From an uncultured bacterium (GTDB lineage: Bacteria; 4484-113): 64,000 bases of DNA. The notes beneath the pieces were generated by a model. That model worked only from the letters and a program-made list of their open reading frames with translations. It had not been told where the DNA came from and made no database searches. This document shows positions 1 to 10,885 of this stretch, one piece after another. The DNA lies in NCBI GenBank assembly GCA_963749125.1, contig CAVVLL010000001.1, positions 53,724 through 117,723 on the forward strand, written 5' to 3'. Numbering within the stretch: the stretch's first letter is position 1; each line of letters begins with the position of its first letter. The translations under genes and the position numbers were made by a program.

Positions 1-873
1 CTGCGCGATGCGGCTGTCAGGGCTGGCATCTACCTGATGTTCCACCATCAATCCTCGGGAAGTTACGGCGAAGCGGTCAAGGCGTTTGAGGAGGCTCGCA
101 ACCGCGCGCGCGGCGACCGCAGGCTGTATGTGTCCCGCGTGTTCATTGAGGCACTGACCGAAGGCTCAAATGCGGCAACCTCGCTGCTGCACGAATTCAA
201 CGAGGCGTTTGCGGGCGGAACTGCGACCGAAGCAGGATTGGCGCTTGCGCTTATAAGGGCCGCATCAGACGTGAGGCTGACGCCGCGCGACCTGCCGCCG
301 GTCACGCCTGAGAACTATTCGGCGCCGGTGCATTTCGCGCTGCATTGCGTCCTTTCCGCGGGGTACGGCTTGCCTGCAGGCGGCAAAGCCGGTGATGGAT
401 ACGACCTGTTCACTGAGCTTGCGCAAGGATGGTTCTCCGGCACCTTCAGCGCCAAAGCGCTTTCATCGCCGCCGCAGTGGCAGGCCGAGCTTCCCCGCAC
501 CGAGTTGATGGCGGCAGCCTACCTGAAGCAGGAGCAGCCAAATGAGGTGCTGGGATTATTCGGCATAGAGCTGGAACGGCTTCAGACATCACTGACTAAG
601 CGCCGGGGTGAAGACCTAGTTCGGCTTACCTTTGGCAGGATTTCGGATGCGCGCCTCGGCTTCGGGCCGGTCTTCAGCGAGATGGGCGAGCGCTGCATCT
701 GCCTCATGCTGCTTGCGCTTCAAGAGCTGGCGCCCAAGCCGTTTTACGACATCGTGCGCCAGGAGCTGCGCGTGACCAACTGCGGCAATGTCTACGAATT
801 CCTGCGCGCAAGGGAAGAAGGCCGCCTTCCCCGCTTCACCAGGGTGCCAGACGAGCCTTATTGGGAAATTTGA
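1..873 (+). CDS. Hypothetical protein, 5' partial. The reading frame is open to the window start.
   Basis: ORF 37..873 stays in frame with no stop back to nt 1. No recognisable motif. Confidence 0.45.
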   Translation: MRDAAVRAGIYLMFHHQSSGSYGEAVKAFEEARNRARGDRRLYVSRVFIEALTEGSNAATSLLHEFNEAFAGGTATEAGLALALIRAASDVRLTPRDLPPVTPENYSAPVHFALHCVLSAGYGLPAGGKAGDGYDLFTELAQGWFSGTFSAKALSSPPQWQAELPRTELMAAAYLKQEQPNEVLGLFGIELERLQTSLTKRRGEDLVRLTFGRISDARLGFGPVFSEMGERCICLMLLALQELAPKPFYDIVRQELRVTNCGNVYEFLRAREEGRLPRFTRVPDEPYWEI

Positions 874-970
874 CGAATTGATTGCGACTTAACGAGCCGC
901 ATTCAGCTATAATTTCATATGCATCCGGCGCCGGTGGGAATACGGCGCAATTGGATCTACAGGAGGAATC

Positions 971-2416
971 ATGAAGGAACTCACTGACAGTTTCCTTAAT
1001 GTTGCGCAGATGGCTGGCGTCTCCTATGGCGACATCCGCGTTATTGAGGCGCAGACTGAAAGCATCGGGGTGAAGAACGGGTTGCTTGAGGATTTGTCCA
1101 AGACCTCCGATGCCGGTTTCGGCGTGCGCGTTTTGCATAAAGGATGCTGGGGCTTCGCCAGCTCCCGCGAACGCAATCCCGGAGAAGTCGCCCGCGTCAC
1201 CAAGCTCGCCGTTGAAATCGCCGAAGCTTCCGCGACGCTTAAGAAGAAAGACACCTGGCTGGTTGACGAGCCTGCGCACAAGGACGTTTACGTCACGCCG
1301 GTGAAAGAAGACCCCTTTACTTTGAGCATTGAAGAGAAGCTCAAGCTTCTCATGGAAACCAACGAGATAATGCGCAAAGTTCCGGGGATCACCAATGCAG
1401 TCTCCAGCTTTGACGCCTTCCGCGAGCACCAGTGGTTCGCCAACACGCAGGGCAGCGATATTGAGCAGACGATTACCGAGTGCGGCGCGGGGATGGAAGC
1501 GATGGCGGTGCGCGAAGGCGAGATGCAGCGCCGCTGCTATCCCAACTCCTTCCGTGGCCAGTTCCATACCGGCGGTTTTGAATACGTGCGCAAATACGAC
1601 TTGATGGCGCATGCGCAGCGCCTCGCCGAGGAATCGGTGCAGCTTCTGAACGCTGACCCTTGCCCCAGCATCACGACGACGCTGATACTTGACGGTAACC
1701 AGCTTGGGCTGCAAATCCACGAGAGCATCGGCCACCCAACCGAGCTTGACCGCGTGCTTGGAAGCGAAGCGGCATACGCCGGAATGAGCTTCGTCACGCC
1801 GGAGAAGCGCAACAACCTCAAATACGGCAGCGACATCATGCACGTCACGCACGACGCAACGCTGATGGGCGGCTTGGGCACTTTCGGCTACGACGACGAC
1901 GGCGTGAAGTCGCAGCGCATTGACCTCATCAAGAACGGCATGTTCCTAAACTACCTGACCAGCCGCGAGACGGCGCATGTCGTGGGCGATACCCGCTCCA
2001 ACGGCACAAACCGCGCCGATGGTTGGAACCGTATACCCATCATCCGCATGACGAACATCAACCTTGAGCCCGGCTCGGGCACGCTAGCTGAGCTAATCGC
2101 CGACACGAAAGACGGCGTGTTCATGAGCACGAACCGAAGCTGGAGCATTGACGACCGGCGCTTGAACTTCCAGTTCGGCTGCGAAATTGCCTGGGAAATC
2201 GTCAACGGCAAGCTCGGGCGGATGCTCAAGAACCCGAACTACACCGGCATCACCCCCGTCTTCTGGGGCGGCCTTGACCGCATATGCGGCCCCGAGGAAT
2301 GGGTCATCTGGGGCACGCCAAACTGCGGTAAGGGCCAGCCGGGCCAGACCGCCCATGTCGCGCACGGCGCCGCGCCGTCGCGTTTCCGCAACGTCCAGGT
2401 TGGGATCCGTGGATAA
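971..2416 (+). CDS. tldD: TldD-family zinc metalloprotease (peptidase U62)
   Basis: 481 aa. Contains HESIGHPTELDRV (the HExxxH motif typical of TldD). A GGAGG-like ribosome-binding site lies upstream of the ATG at 971. Confidence 0.85.
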   Translation: MKELTDSFLNVAQMAGVSYGDIRVIEAQTESIGVKNGLLEDLSKTSDAGFGVRVLHKGCWGFASSRERNPGEVARVTKLAVEIAEASATLKKKDTWLVDEPAHKDVYVTPVKEDPFTLSIEEKLKLLMETNEIMRKVPGITNAVSSFDAFREHQWFANTQGSDIEQTITECGAGMEAMAVREGEMQRRCYPNSFRGQFHTGGFEYVRKYDLMAHAQRLAEESVQLLNADPCPSITTTLILDGNQLGLQIHESIGHPTELDRVLGSEAAYAGMSFVTPEKRNNLKYGSDIMHVTHDATLMGGLGTFGYDDDGVKSQRIDLIKNGMFLNYLTSRETAHVVGDTRSNGTNRADGWNRIPIIRMTNINLEPGSGTLAELIADTKDGVFMSTNRSWSIDDRRLNFQFGCEIAWEIVNGKLGRMLKNPNYTGITPVFWGGLDRICGPEEWVIWGTPNCGKGQPGQTAHVAHGAAPSRFRNVQVGIRG

Positions 2417-2428
2417 AGGAGCAGCGAA

Positions 2429-3803
2429 ATGACCGACAAAGACTTCTATATGAATGCTGAAAAGGCGAAGAAGCTGGCGGTGGACGCGCTGGAAATGGCG
2501 CAGGCCGCTATCAAGCAATCCAGCGCTGATGAGACCGAAGTGGTCGTCTCCGCTTCGGATTTCAGCGCTCACGCGCTTCGCCAACAGCCAAATACACCAA
2601 AACAACTTTGAGCGCAACGCAAACATCACTGTGCGCGCCGCCAATGGCAAACGTGTCGCCAAGGCGTCGGGCAACATCCTCACGAAGGACGGGCTGCAAG
2701 CCGTGGTCAAGGATGCCTGCGCGCTGGCGAAGCTAGCCGCCGAGGACGACAACTGGGCAGGGCTGCCGGAAGGCGAATTCCAGTATCCCATAAAGGTGAA
2801 CTTCTTTGAAAACACGGCGCAGGTGACTCCCGCTGAGCGCGCCGCTGCATTGAAAGAGGTGTTTGACACCGCCGGCAGCGCGTATGAAGCCGCAGGCACG
2901 CTGTCCAATTCGGTTATCACGATGGTGGTCGCTAACTCGCACGGCGTGAAAGCATTCTGCAACACAACCGCCTCGCAGGTAACCATCCTCTACACCGGCT
3001 CCGACAGCAGCGGTTACGGCGAAGACTTCCAGCGCGACTTCAGCAAGCTGACGATTTCCGAGTGCGCGCGTCACGCCTTTGCGAAGGCGGAAGCCAGCCG
3101 CAATCCCAGCAGCGAGGTGGGCGTCGGCAAATACACGGTCGTGCTGGAAGAAGAAGCCGTGGCGACGATGCTCATGTTCCTCTCGTGGCTTGGCTTCTCC
3201 GGCAAGTCCTACCAGGACAATGAAAGCTTCCTTGTCGGGAAGCTGGGGACGCAGATAACAGGCGCGAATATCACGCTATACGACGATGCATCCGACCCGA
3301 GGACGATGGGGCTGCCGTTTGACTTTGAAGGCGTGCCGAAATCCAAGCTGATGCTCATTGAAAACGGGGTCGCCAAGGGCTACGCCCATAACTGGAAGAC
3401 CGCGAAGAAGGACGGCGTGGAGTCCACCGGCCACTACCTCGGCATGGAAGAGCCGCTGCCGGTAAACATGGTGTTGTCCCCGGGCGACAAGACGAAGGAT
3501 GAACTCATCGCCACGACCGATTACGGCATCCTTGTCAGCCGCTTCCATTACAGCAACGTCGTTGACCCGATGGAAACCGTCATCACGGGCATGACCCGCG
3601 ACGGCACGTTCCTCATTGAAAACGGCAAGATAACGAAGGGCTTGAAGAACTTCCGCTACACGCAAAACGTCCTCGCGGCATTGGCGAACAACGACGGCCT
3701 GACATCCACCCAGGACTTCAGCTCGGCGTTCTTCGGCGGCGGCGCGGTCGTGCCCGCGATGAAGATCAAAGACTTCAACTTCTCCGGCAAGACTGATTTC
3801 TAG
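2429..3803 (+). CDS. pmbA: PmbA/TldE-family peptidase, interrupted by an apparent 1-nt frameshift near 2560-2580
   Basis: The N-terminus (MTDKDFYMNAEKAKKLAVDALEMA...VVVSASDFS) is in frame 2429. The remainder (TRFANSQIHQN...) is in the frame of ORF 2454..3803. RFANS is a typical PmbA motif. The two frames join if one extra base is present near ...cacg|cgcttcgcc... Confidence 0.7.
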
Positions 3804-3909
3804 CAGCGGCTGCGACTCACCAAAGGGCGATGGGCGAAGCTGATAGTATAAACATTAGGGGCCGTATGGGGCCTGCGAGTAACGCACACATGGTTGTGAG
3901 AGGGACACT

Positions 3910-4836
3910 ATGAGAGTAGCTATCATCGGCGGCGCCGGGAGGGTCGGCGCTACAACCGCTTTCCACCTTTTCGCGTCGCGGCTCGTGAGCAAGCTCGTGC
4001 TCATAGACGTCGTGGAAGACGTCGTGCGCGGCGAGCGCGAAGACCTCATCCAATGCACCTCGGTCATTGACGCATGCGACATCCGCGCGGCCACCAAGAT
4101 GGAAGCTTGCGCGGGCAGCGACATCGTAATAATCCCCGCGGGAAGCCGCCGCCAGCCCGACCAGTCGCGGCTTGACCTGATGCGCACGAACGTGGGCATC
4201 CTTGACCAGGCGATTGACGTCATCAAGGAAGTGAACCCCGAGTGCATCATCATCACCGTGACCAACCCCGTTGACGTGCTCAACTTGCGCGCATTCAAGC
4301 GTAGTGGCTTCCCCCGCGAGCGCGTCATCGGCCTGGGCAACCTCGTGGACACGGTGCGCTTCCGCTCCTACCTTGCCGAGCGCTTCGGCTGGTATCCGCG
4401 CGACGTGATGGCGTTCCTCTGCGGCGAGCACGGCGACAGCATGGTGCCGATTTGGAGCCAGGCCAGCTACGCCGGGGTGCGCTTTGACAAGCTGGAGGGG
4501 TTTGATTACGCAGGCCTTGAAGAGGTTTACCAGAAAATCCGCAAGACCGGCGCGGAGATGATACGCCTGAAGGGCGGCGCATCGTGGGCGGTCGCCGCCG
4601 CAACGACCGAGCTTGTGCGGGCAATCGCGCAGGACGAAAAGCGCCCCCTGCCCGTGTCTGTCATCCCCGGCGGCGCATACGGCATCAACCTTGAAAGCAG
4701 CATAAGCCTGCCCGTGGTCGTGGGGCGCAGGGGCATCATCGGATTCCTCCAGGCTGAGTTCTCGCCCGAGGAGATTGAGGGGCTGCACAACTCCGCCAGG
4801 ATAGTCATGGAAACCTATAAACAGATTGAAGGCTGA
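3910..4836 (+). CDS. Lactate/malate dehydrogenase (LDH/MDH)-family enzyme, probably malate dehydrogenase
   Basis: Contains MRVAIIGGAGRVG (Rossmann fold), IPAGSRRQP (Arg at the LDH Gln102 specificity position) and TNPVD. Confidence 0.75.
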   Translation: MRVAIIGGAGRVGATTAFHLFASRLVSKLVLIDVVEDVVRGEREDLIQCTSVIDACDIRAATKMEACAGSDIVIIPAGSRRQPDQSRLDLMRTNVGILDQAIDVIKEVNPECIIITVTNPVDVLNLRAFKRSGFPRERVIGLGNLVDTVRFRSYLAERFGWYPRDVMAFLCGEHGDSMVPIWSQASYAGVRFDKLEGFDYAGLEEVYQKIRKTGAEMIRLKGGASWAVAAATTELVRAIAQDEKRPLPVSVIPGGAYGINLESSISLPVVVGRRGIIGFLQAEFSPEEIEGLHNSARIVMETYKQIEG

Positions 4837-4942
4837 GCCCCCGCCCGCTTCGTAGGCAGTTACCTAGGTTGCGCCGGGACTGGCCTGCCACGCGCGGGCA
4901 TCCTCAATGCTACAATTAGCCATCTCCCGCCAGGAGGATTTG

Positions 4943-7486
4943 ATGTTCAAAACTGCCCGTCTTGCGGCGCTTGTGTTAGCCACGCTTATCGGCTTGGCAT
5001 TCCAGGCTAACGCCTTGCCCCAAGCATATGATTCCACGCTTCCTAACGGCTTGCGTATAATCATGATTCCCGACAGCCGCGCGGAGATGGTCGCCTCATA
5101 CGTTATCGTCAACGCGGCGGTGCGCTATGAGACGCCGGAGATAAACGGCGTGACCCACTTGCTTGAGCACATGCTCTTCAACGGGACTGAGAAGCTCACG
5201 CAAGAGCAGCTTTACGCCGAGACCGACCGCTTGGGCGCGTTCAACAACGCCTTTACGCGCAAGGACTTCACGGCGTTCATGATACTCGCGCCTTCATACA
5301 CCTTCGTGAAGGCATTTGAGCTGCAGGCGGACATGCTCCTGCATTCCACGCTTCTGCCGGAGAAGCTGGAGAAGGAACGTGGCATCATCATTGAAGAAAT
5401 CAACCAGGGCATGGGCAGCCCCGGCGAAGCGGTGGCGGACGCGATGCAGCGCATCCTCTGGAGCGGCATGCCTTACGAAATGACCGTCCTCGGCCCGAAG
5501 AAGGTCATTTCTACGATAAGCCGCGATGCTGTCGTGAAATACTACAAGTCGCATTACGCGCCAAACGGCATGACCATTCTCCTGCTCGGCGATTTCGTGC
5601 CGGAAGAGATGATGACGCTTATCCAAGCCAATTACGGCGATGCGATGCCGCAAAGCGCGCCCAAAGCTGATGCGGCATTCAGGCCTGCCAAGCCCGGCAT
5701 TATCGCGCAGTACTTCAGCGGCATTACACCGAGCATCAGCTTCGCCGTGCTGCTGCCCGAGCTGTCGCCTGAAGCGTCGGTCGCGCTGTCTCTTGGCGAA
5801 GAGCTTCTGAGCGAGCGCCTGAGCAAGGCATTCACTGAGCGCGCCGGGCGCGATGTTGAAGTGTCAATCGGCGAGGACGTGTATCTTGAAGGCGGGTATC
5901 TCACCGGCACCATCGGCGCGCAGGACGAGAAGGAAGCCAAGACCTTCGCGCGCGCGCTGCCTGCAGCGCTGACCGCTGTGACATCCGCGCCTGACGAGGC
6001 GTGGCTTGCGCGCAAGAAGCGCGAGATGCTGGCACGCGAACTCAAGGACTACGACAACTTCCTTTTCTTCGGCATGACCAAGGCGCCGTTCATCGCGCAG
6101 GGCAAATGGGAGCTGGCACGAAACGTGGCTTCGCTGGTGGAAGGCGTCACCGGCGGGCAGATAAGCGACGAGCTTGTGCGCCTGGACATGGGCGCGAAAG
6201 TAACCATGCTCATCGCATTGCCTTATCCCGAAGCGAAGGTTACCGGTAAGACTGAAGCAGCCTCCAAGCGCGTTGTTCTCGCCAACGGCGTCACATTGCT
6301 CGTGAAATCAGACCCGCGCAGCCAAGTGTTCGGCGCATCGGTCGTGTTCCGCAATCGCAACTTCGCCGAGCCTGCGGGAAGGTGCGGCATGGCCGAGCTT
6401 TGGCAGCGCACGCTGATGCAAGGGCCTGCGGGGATGACGAAAGACGATTTCGGAAATAAGCTTGCCGGTCTTGGGCTGACGATGGATTTCGTGGACAACC
6501 CCTACATCCCGATGGACGACATGTATCTCTCGGCGCGTTACAGCTTCATTAAGGCCGAGGGGCTTGACGAGTCCTGGCGCGACAACATCGCCCTTCTTGC
6601 CGACACGGTCGTCCACCCTAAGTTGGACGATGCGGCGCTGGCAGATGCCAAGCGCAGCTTGATGCAGGTGCTGGGGATGAAGTCGGCAGGCACCCGCGAC
6701 CGTGCGCGCACGCTGTACCTTGGCGGCATTCTCGGTGACACGCCGATGGCTAAGCCTGTGGAAGGCATCGCGCGCGAAGCAGGACAGGCGACGCTGGATG
6801 AGCTGAAGGCTTTCGCTAAGAGCTATGCAGGAGGCGGGAATGTCATAGTGAGCATCGCTACTAGCGCACCGCTTGACGAGGCCGTGCGCGCTGCGACTGA
6901 AGGATTTAGCATGTTGCCTAGTGGCGACGCCGTTGCCGCGCCTGCGCCCAAGCCCCAGCAAGGGACTGATGTGATGGAAGGTGAAGGCGCGCCGCAAGCC
7001 ACCATCTACTTTGGCTACGCCTTTGACGGGCTGGATGATGCTGACCGTGCTGCGCTGATTATTCTTGGCGGCATCATCGGCGACCGTTCTGCATTCGTCA
7101 TCCGCGAGCAGCAGGGGTTGGCATACTCGGTAGGCGCGGGCTTTGATAACTTCGGCAGTGTTGGGTGGTTCACGCTTTCAATGGGAACCGGCCCAGAGAA
7201 CATAGATAAAGCGAAAGAGAGTATCCGCACAACGCTTGGCGCGCTGGCTACCGCGGAGATAACCGCCGACGAAGTGGAGCGCGGCGTAAACAGCCTCGTT
7301 GGAAGGCGCGTCATGCGCCGCATCACGCGCAAGAACCAGGCGTTCTTCGCTGCGACATCGGAGCTAAATGGCGAAGCCGATTTAGCGCTGGACGAAGCGC
7401 TTAAAGGCGTAACCCTTGCGGACGTTTTGCGCGTGCGCGAAAAATACTATCATCCCGAATTGGGAACGTTCACAATCGTGAAATAG
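4943..7486 (+). CDS. Secreted M16-family (pitrilysin/insulinase-like) zinc peptidase, two-domain
   Basis: Inverted zincin motif HLLEHMLFNGT. About 847 aa. N-terminal signal peptide MFKTARLAALVLATLIGLAFQANA. AGGAGG ribosome-binding site before the ATG at 4943. Confidence 0.8.
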   Translation: MFKTARLAALVLATLIGLAFQANALPQAYDSTLPNGLRIIMIPDSRAEMVASYVIVNAAVRYETPEINGVTHLLEHMLFNGTEKLTQEQLYAETDRLGAFNNAFTRKDFTAFMILAPSYTFVKAFELQADMLLHSTLLPEKLEKERGIIIEEINQGMGSPGEAVADAMQRILWSGMPYEMTVLGPKKVISTISRDAVVKYYKSHYAPNGMTILLLGDFVPEEMMTLIQANYGDAMPQSAPKADAAFRPAKPGIIAQYFSGITPSISFAVLLPELSPEASVALSLGEELLSERLSKAFTERAGRDVEVSIGEDVYLEGGYLTGTIGAQDEKEAKTFARALPAALTAVTSAPDEAWLARKKREMLARELKDYDNFLFFGMTKAPFIAQGKWELARNVASLVEGVTGGQISDELVRLDMGAKVTMLIALPYPEAKVTGKTEAASKRVVLANGVTLLVKSDPRSQVFGASVVFRNRNFAEPAGRCGMAELWQRTLMQGPAGMTKDDFGNKLAGLGLTMDFVDNPYIPMDDMYLSARYSFIKAEGLDESWRDNIALLADTVVHPKLDDAALADAKRSLMQVLGMKSAGTRDRARTLYLGGILGDTPMAKPVEGIAREAGQATLDELKAFAKSYAGGGNVIVSIATSAPLDEAVRAATEGFSMLPSGDAVAAPAPKPQQGTDVMEGEGAPQATIYFGYAFDGLDDADRAALIILGGIIGDRSAFVIREQQGLAYSVGAGFDNFGSVGWFTLSMGTGPENIDKAKESIRTTLGALATAEITADEVERGVNSLVGRRVMRRITRKNQAFFAATSELNGEADLALDEALKGVTLADVLRVREKYYHPELGTFTIVK

Positions 7487-7499
7487 GAAGGAGAAACGG

Positions 7500-9674
7500 A
7501 TGAACCGAACTCACATATGCACGATACTCCTGGGCATTGTTCTCGCGATGCTCTTCGCTTCATTTGCCAGCGCGGAGACCATGAGTGCGAAGTCGGCGGA
7601 TAAACACGGGCTGATTAGCTTCCATAACCTTACAGTGAAGCTGGACCCGGCGGCGCATACAATTGATGCAACTGATACGGTCAGCCTGAATGGCAAAGGC
7701 GATAGAACGCTCACGGTGGCGTTTGGTAAAGAGCTATCCGTTTTCGCGCTTTCCGACACAGGAAGGGCGTTGGAGCTAACGCCGGGCACGATTGACGAAC
7801 TTCCCGAACACCTTACCGCATACGCACTGCTAATCCCGGCCGACGTGAAGGCTGCGACCTTCAGCTATAAGGGCGTTATCTACGACCCGATAAAGGAAGA
7901 GCAGACGCTGGCGCACGTACGCGGCGACGGGACTTTCGGCATTATTGGCGAAGAAGGCATCTACCTTGACGGCGGAAGCGGCTGGTATCCCATTGAAGAG
8001 ACAATGCTCGCGGGCTTTGAGCTAAACGCCTCAATTCCTAAGCCTATGATGCTCGTAGCCCAGGGAGACTTGCTGGGGCGCGATATGGGTGGGGGCGCAA
8101 GTAGCTCCACATGGCGCAGCGACATCCCGCAAGACGGGCTGACCCTTGTCGGCGGCGCATACAAAGTTGAATCGCGCAAAGTCGGCAAAACAACGCTCTC
8201 AACCTACTTGTTCCCTGAGCATGAGCAGTTTTCGGGCAAGCTGCTTGACGCGACAGAACAATACCTCAAGTTCTACACAAACATCCTCGGCGATTTCCCC
8301 TCCAATCGCTTTGACGTCGTGGAGAACTTCTTCCAAACCGGCTATGGCATGCCTGGTTACTCGCTGCTGGGCAACGCGGTGCTGGCGATGCTTGGGCGCG
8401 GCGGCGGCTACGACGTTACCGGCCCTTCGGGCGTCGCCCACGAGCTGATGCATAACTGGTGGGGAAACTACGTTTTCTACGACCCTGAGCAGGGCAACTG
8501 GTGCGAAGGGCTCACAACATATATGACGAATTACTATTGGGCGGAGACGAACGGGAAGCCCGATGAGGCAAAAGATTGGCGCAAGCGCGCGAGCGTGCGC
8601 TTCAGCCTTTATGCGCCGCCGGATAAGGCCTACCCCCTGCGCGAGTTCAAGTGGAAAGAAACCGAAGTTGACGACGCTGTCGGCTATGAGAAATGCGCCA
8701 TGTTCTTCCATTACATCCGCAGGCTTATCGGTGATGAGGCATTCTTCGCGGGCTTGAAGCAGGTAATCAAAGAGGAAGGCGGCGGCTTCGCATACTGGAG
8801 CGACTTTGAAGCGGCATTTGAAGCCACTTCGGGCCAAGAGCTTGGCGACGTATTCACCGAATGGCTGGACTTACCCGGCGCGCCGGTGTTTAAAGCGCAG
8901 GCACGGCGCAAGGACAACGCAGCTATTCTGCTGATTACCCAGCAAGAACCTTACTGGCCCATTAAGCTTGACTTCACCGGCATTGACAGCGAGGGCAAGC
9001 TAATGGCCGATGGCAGCATAAAGCTTGGCATAGGGCATGAAGCGACGGTTACCGTTACCTCGGGCAGCGATAAGCCCCCATTCCCCGGTGGGCTGACTTA
9101 CGAGATTGACCCCGATTGGCAGGTATTACGTTACATACCAGCCGAGGCGCTGGAGCCTTGCCTGAACGCGGTTTTGAATGAAAAGGGAGCTATTGTCGTC
9201 TATCCTTCCGGCACGGATGAAGTGTCCGCTGAGTTGCTTAAGCTCGTTGACACAATCCGCAGCTCGGGTAACGAGGTGCAGGTTATCGCAGACACGGAAT
9301 TTGAAGCGAAGATGCTGGCGGAGCATTCGGTAATGCTTTTGGGCGGTTCGCACGTGAACCGCGCTTGGGACAAGCTTGGGAATGCGCTGCCGCCGTCTGA
9401 ATTCACGACGAACGCCAAGTCGTTTTCCTTGCGCCGTAATGTATATGCCGCGCCGGAAGACAGCGTCGTGGCGACTTTTGCCAACCGCGAAAGCCCGGGG
9501 CACTTCATCGCCGTCTATCATGGTAATTCGGTTGCAGCGATGGCGCGTGCCAGGTTTATATTCTTTTACGGCTGGGACAGCTACCTGATATTCAGCGCTG
9601 GACAGGCCGCGGACAGGGGTATGTTCCCGGCAGCGGTTAACCCTTGGAAGGCCGAACTGCCGCCAGTAAGCTAA
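7500..9674 (+). CDS. Secreted M1-like gluzincin metallopeptidase
   Basis: HELMHNWWGN followed 17 residues later by Glu (HExxH...E). Signal peptide present. 724 aa. Confidence 0.7.
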   Translation: MNRTHICTILLGIVLAMLFASFASAETMSAKSADKHGLISFHNLTVKLDPAAHTIDATDTVSLNGKGDRTLTVAFGKELSVFALSDTGRALELTPGTIDELPEHLTAYALLIPADVKAATFSYKGVIYDPIKEEQTLAHVRGDGTFGIIGEEGIYLDGGSGWYPIEETMLAGFELNASIPKPMMLVAQGDLLGRDMGGGASSSTWRSDIPQDGLTLVGGAYKVESRKVGKTTLSTYLFPEHEQFSGKLLDATEQYLKFYTNILGDFPSNRFDVVENFFQTGYGMPGYSLLGNAVLAMLGRGGGYDVTGPSGVAHELMHNWWGNYVFYDPEQGNWCEGLTTYMTNYYWAETNGKPDEAKDWRKRASVRFSLYAPPDKAYPLREFKWKETEVDDAVGYEKCAMFFHYIRRLIGDEAFFAGLKQVIKEEGGGFAYWSDFEAAFEATSGQELGDVFTEWLDLPGAPVFKAQARRKDNAAILLITQQEPYWPIKLDFTGIDSEGKLMADGSIKLGIGHEATVTVTSGSDKPPFPGGLTYEIDPDWQVLRYIPAEALEPCLNAVLNEKGAIVVYPSGTDEVSAELLKLVDTIRSSGNEVQVIADTEFEAKMLAEHSVMLLGGSHVNRAWDKLGNALPPSEFTTNAKSFSLRRNVYAAPEDSVVATFANRESPGHFIAVYHGNSVAAMARARFIFFYGWDSYLIFSAGQAADRGMFPAAVNPWKAELPPVS

Positions 9675-9686
9675 TGAGGTATTGAT

Positions 9687-10883
9687 ATGAACAAACGCAG
9701 AGTCTCTTACAGCTTGATCATTTCGCTCGTGTTGCTCATCGGGTTCTTCCTCGGCACGGGCGTTGGCACAACCCTTTACGCCCAGGAAGCAGGAGGGCGT
9801 GGCGGTAATCCGCAGGCAAGGCAGGGCGGCCAGGCTTCAGGGCCATCAACCCAGCCTGCGGCGGGAACGGGCCTCGACACGAACTTCGTGACGCAGGTGT
9901 TTGAGGAAGCCGGTCCGGCCGTCGTCTATGTGACCACGCAGGTCCAGGGCTTTGACTTCTTTACGGGTGGACAGACGATTCGTGAGGGCATGGGCAGCGG
10001 CTTCATCGTTGACGCGCAGGGCCTTATCCTCACTAATTACCATGTTATCCAAGGCGCGAATTCCATCACGGTCGTGCTCGCAAACGGCAAGGAGCTGTCA
10101 GCGAAGGTTGTCGGCTCGGATATATCCACCGACCTGGTAGTCCTGCGGGTCACTCCTGGCGCTGAGAAGCTGCCTGTAATCAAGCTTGGCGACAGCTCAA
10201 AGCTGCGCGTGGGCGACTGGGTCATCGCCATCGGCAACCCTTACGGCTTCAACCGCACTGTAACTTTCGGTGTCGTTTCGTCAAACGAGCGCAGTATCCG
10301 CGCCGCCGACCAGCGCACGATCTCCAACGTCATCCAAACCGATGCTGCTATTAACCCCGGCAACTCCGGCGGCCCGCTGCTGAATGCGCTTGGCGAGGTA
10401 GTCGGCATCAACTCAGCTATCCTCTCGCAGAGCGGTGGCAGCGAGGGCATCGGCCTTGCCATCCCGATAAACGTGGCGAAGAGCATAATGGACGATCTGC
10501 TCAAATATGGGCGCGTACTGCGCGCATGGCTTGGCATTGAAGTTGTGGAGCTTTACCCGCGCTTTGTCGAAAGGTATAACCTGCCGGTGCAGGAAGGCTT
10601 GCTCGTCCGCGAAGTCTATAAAGACTTCCCCGCAGCCAAGACCGGCATCCTCCCGCCGGTGGAGAAGCCCAACGTCGGCGTGGTGCTGGATATCATCACC
10701 AAGGTTGACGGCAAACCGGTCAAGACCTACACCGACCTCATTGACGTGGTGCGCTCCAAGCCGGTTGATGGCAAGGTAGAGTTGGGGGTTGTGCACATTG
10801 AAGGCGGGACGCGTACGGACAAGAACATCACCGTCCAGCTAGCCCCGCTTCCCGAGAACGCGCCTATCGCAGGGGCGATATAG
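9687..10883 (+). CDS. htrA: HtrA/DegP-family serine protease with a C-terminal PDZ domain
   Basis: Trypsin-like motifs TNYHV and GNSGGPL. PDZ-like C-terminus. N-terminal transmembrane/signal segment. Confidence 0.85.
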   Translation: MNKRRVSYSLIISLVLLIGFFLGTGVGTTLYAQEAGGRGGNPQARQGGQASGPSTQPAAGTGLDTNFVTQVFEEAGPAVVYVTTQVQGFDFFTGGQTIREGMGSGFIVDAQGLILTNYHVIQGANSITVVLANGKELSAKVVGSDISTDLVVLRVTPGAEKLPVIKLGDSSKLRVGDWVIAIGNPYGFNRTVTFGVVSSNERSIRAADQRTISNVIQTDAAINPGNSGGPLLNALGEVVGINSAILSQSGGSEGIGLAIPINVAKSIMDDLLKYGRVLRAWLGIEVVELYPRFVERYNLPVQEGLLVREVYKDFPAAKTGILPPVEKPNVGVVLDIITKVDGKPVKTYTDLIDVVRSKPVDGKVELGVVHIEGGTRTDKNITVQLAPLPENAPIAGAI

Positions 10884-10885
10884 CA

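Noticed and set aside
836-4788. Long antisense ORFs (836-1852, 2093-2986, 3817-4788, and similar ones elsewhere such as 24665-25891, 26802-27659, 30256-30996, 56743-57285)
   Set aside because: They lie opposite well-supported genes with recognisable motifs. High GC content suppresses stop codons on the antisense strand. Their products are Arg/Ala/Pro-rich low-complexity sequence with no motifs.
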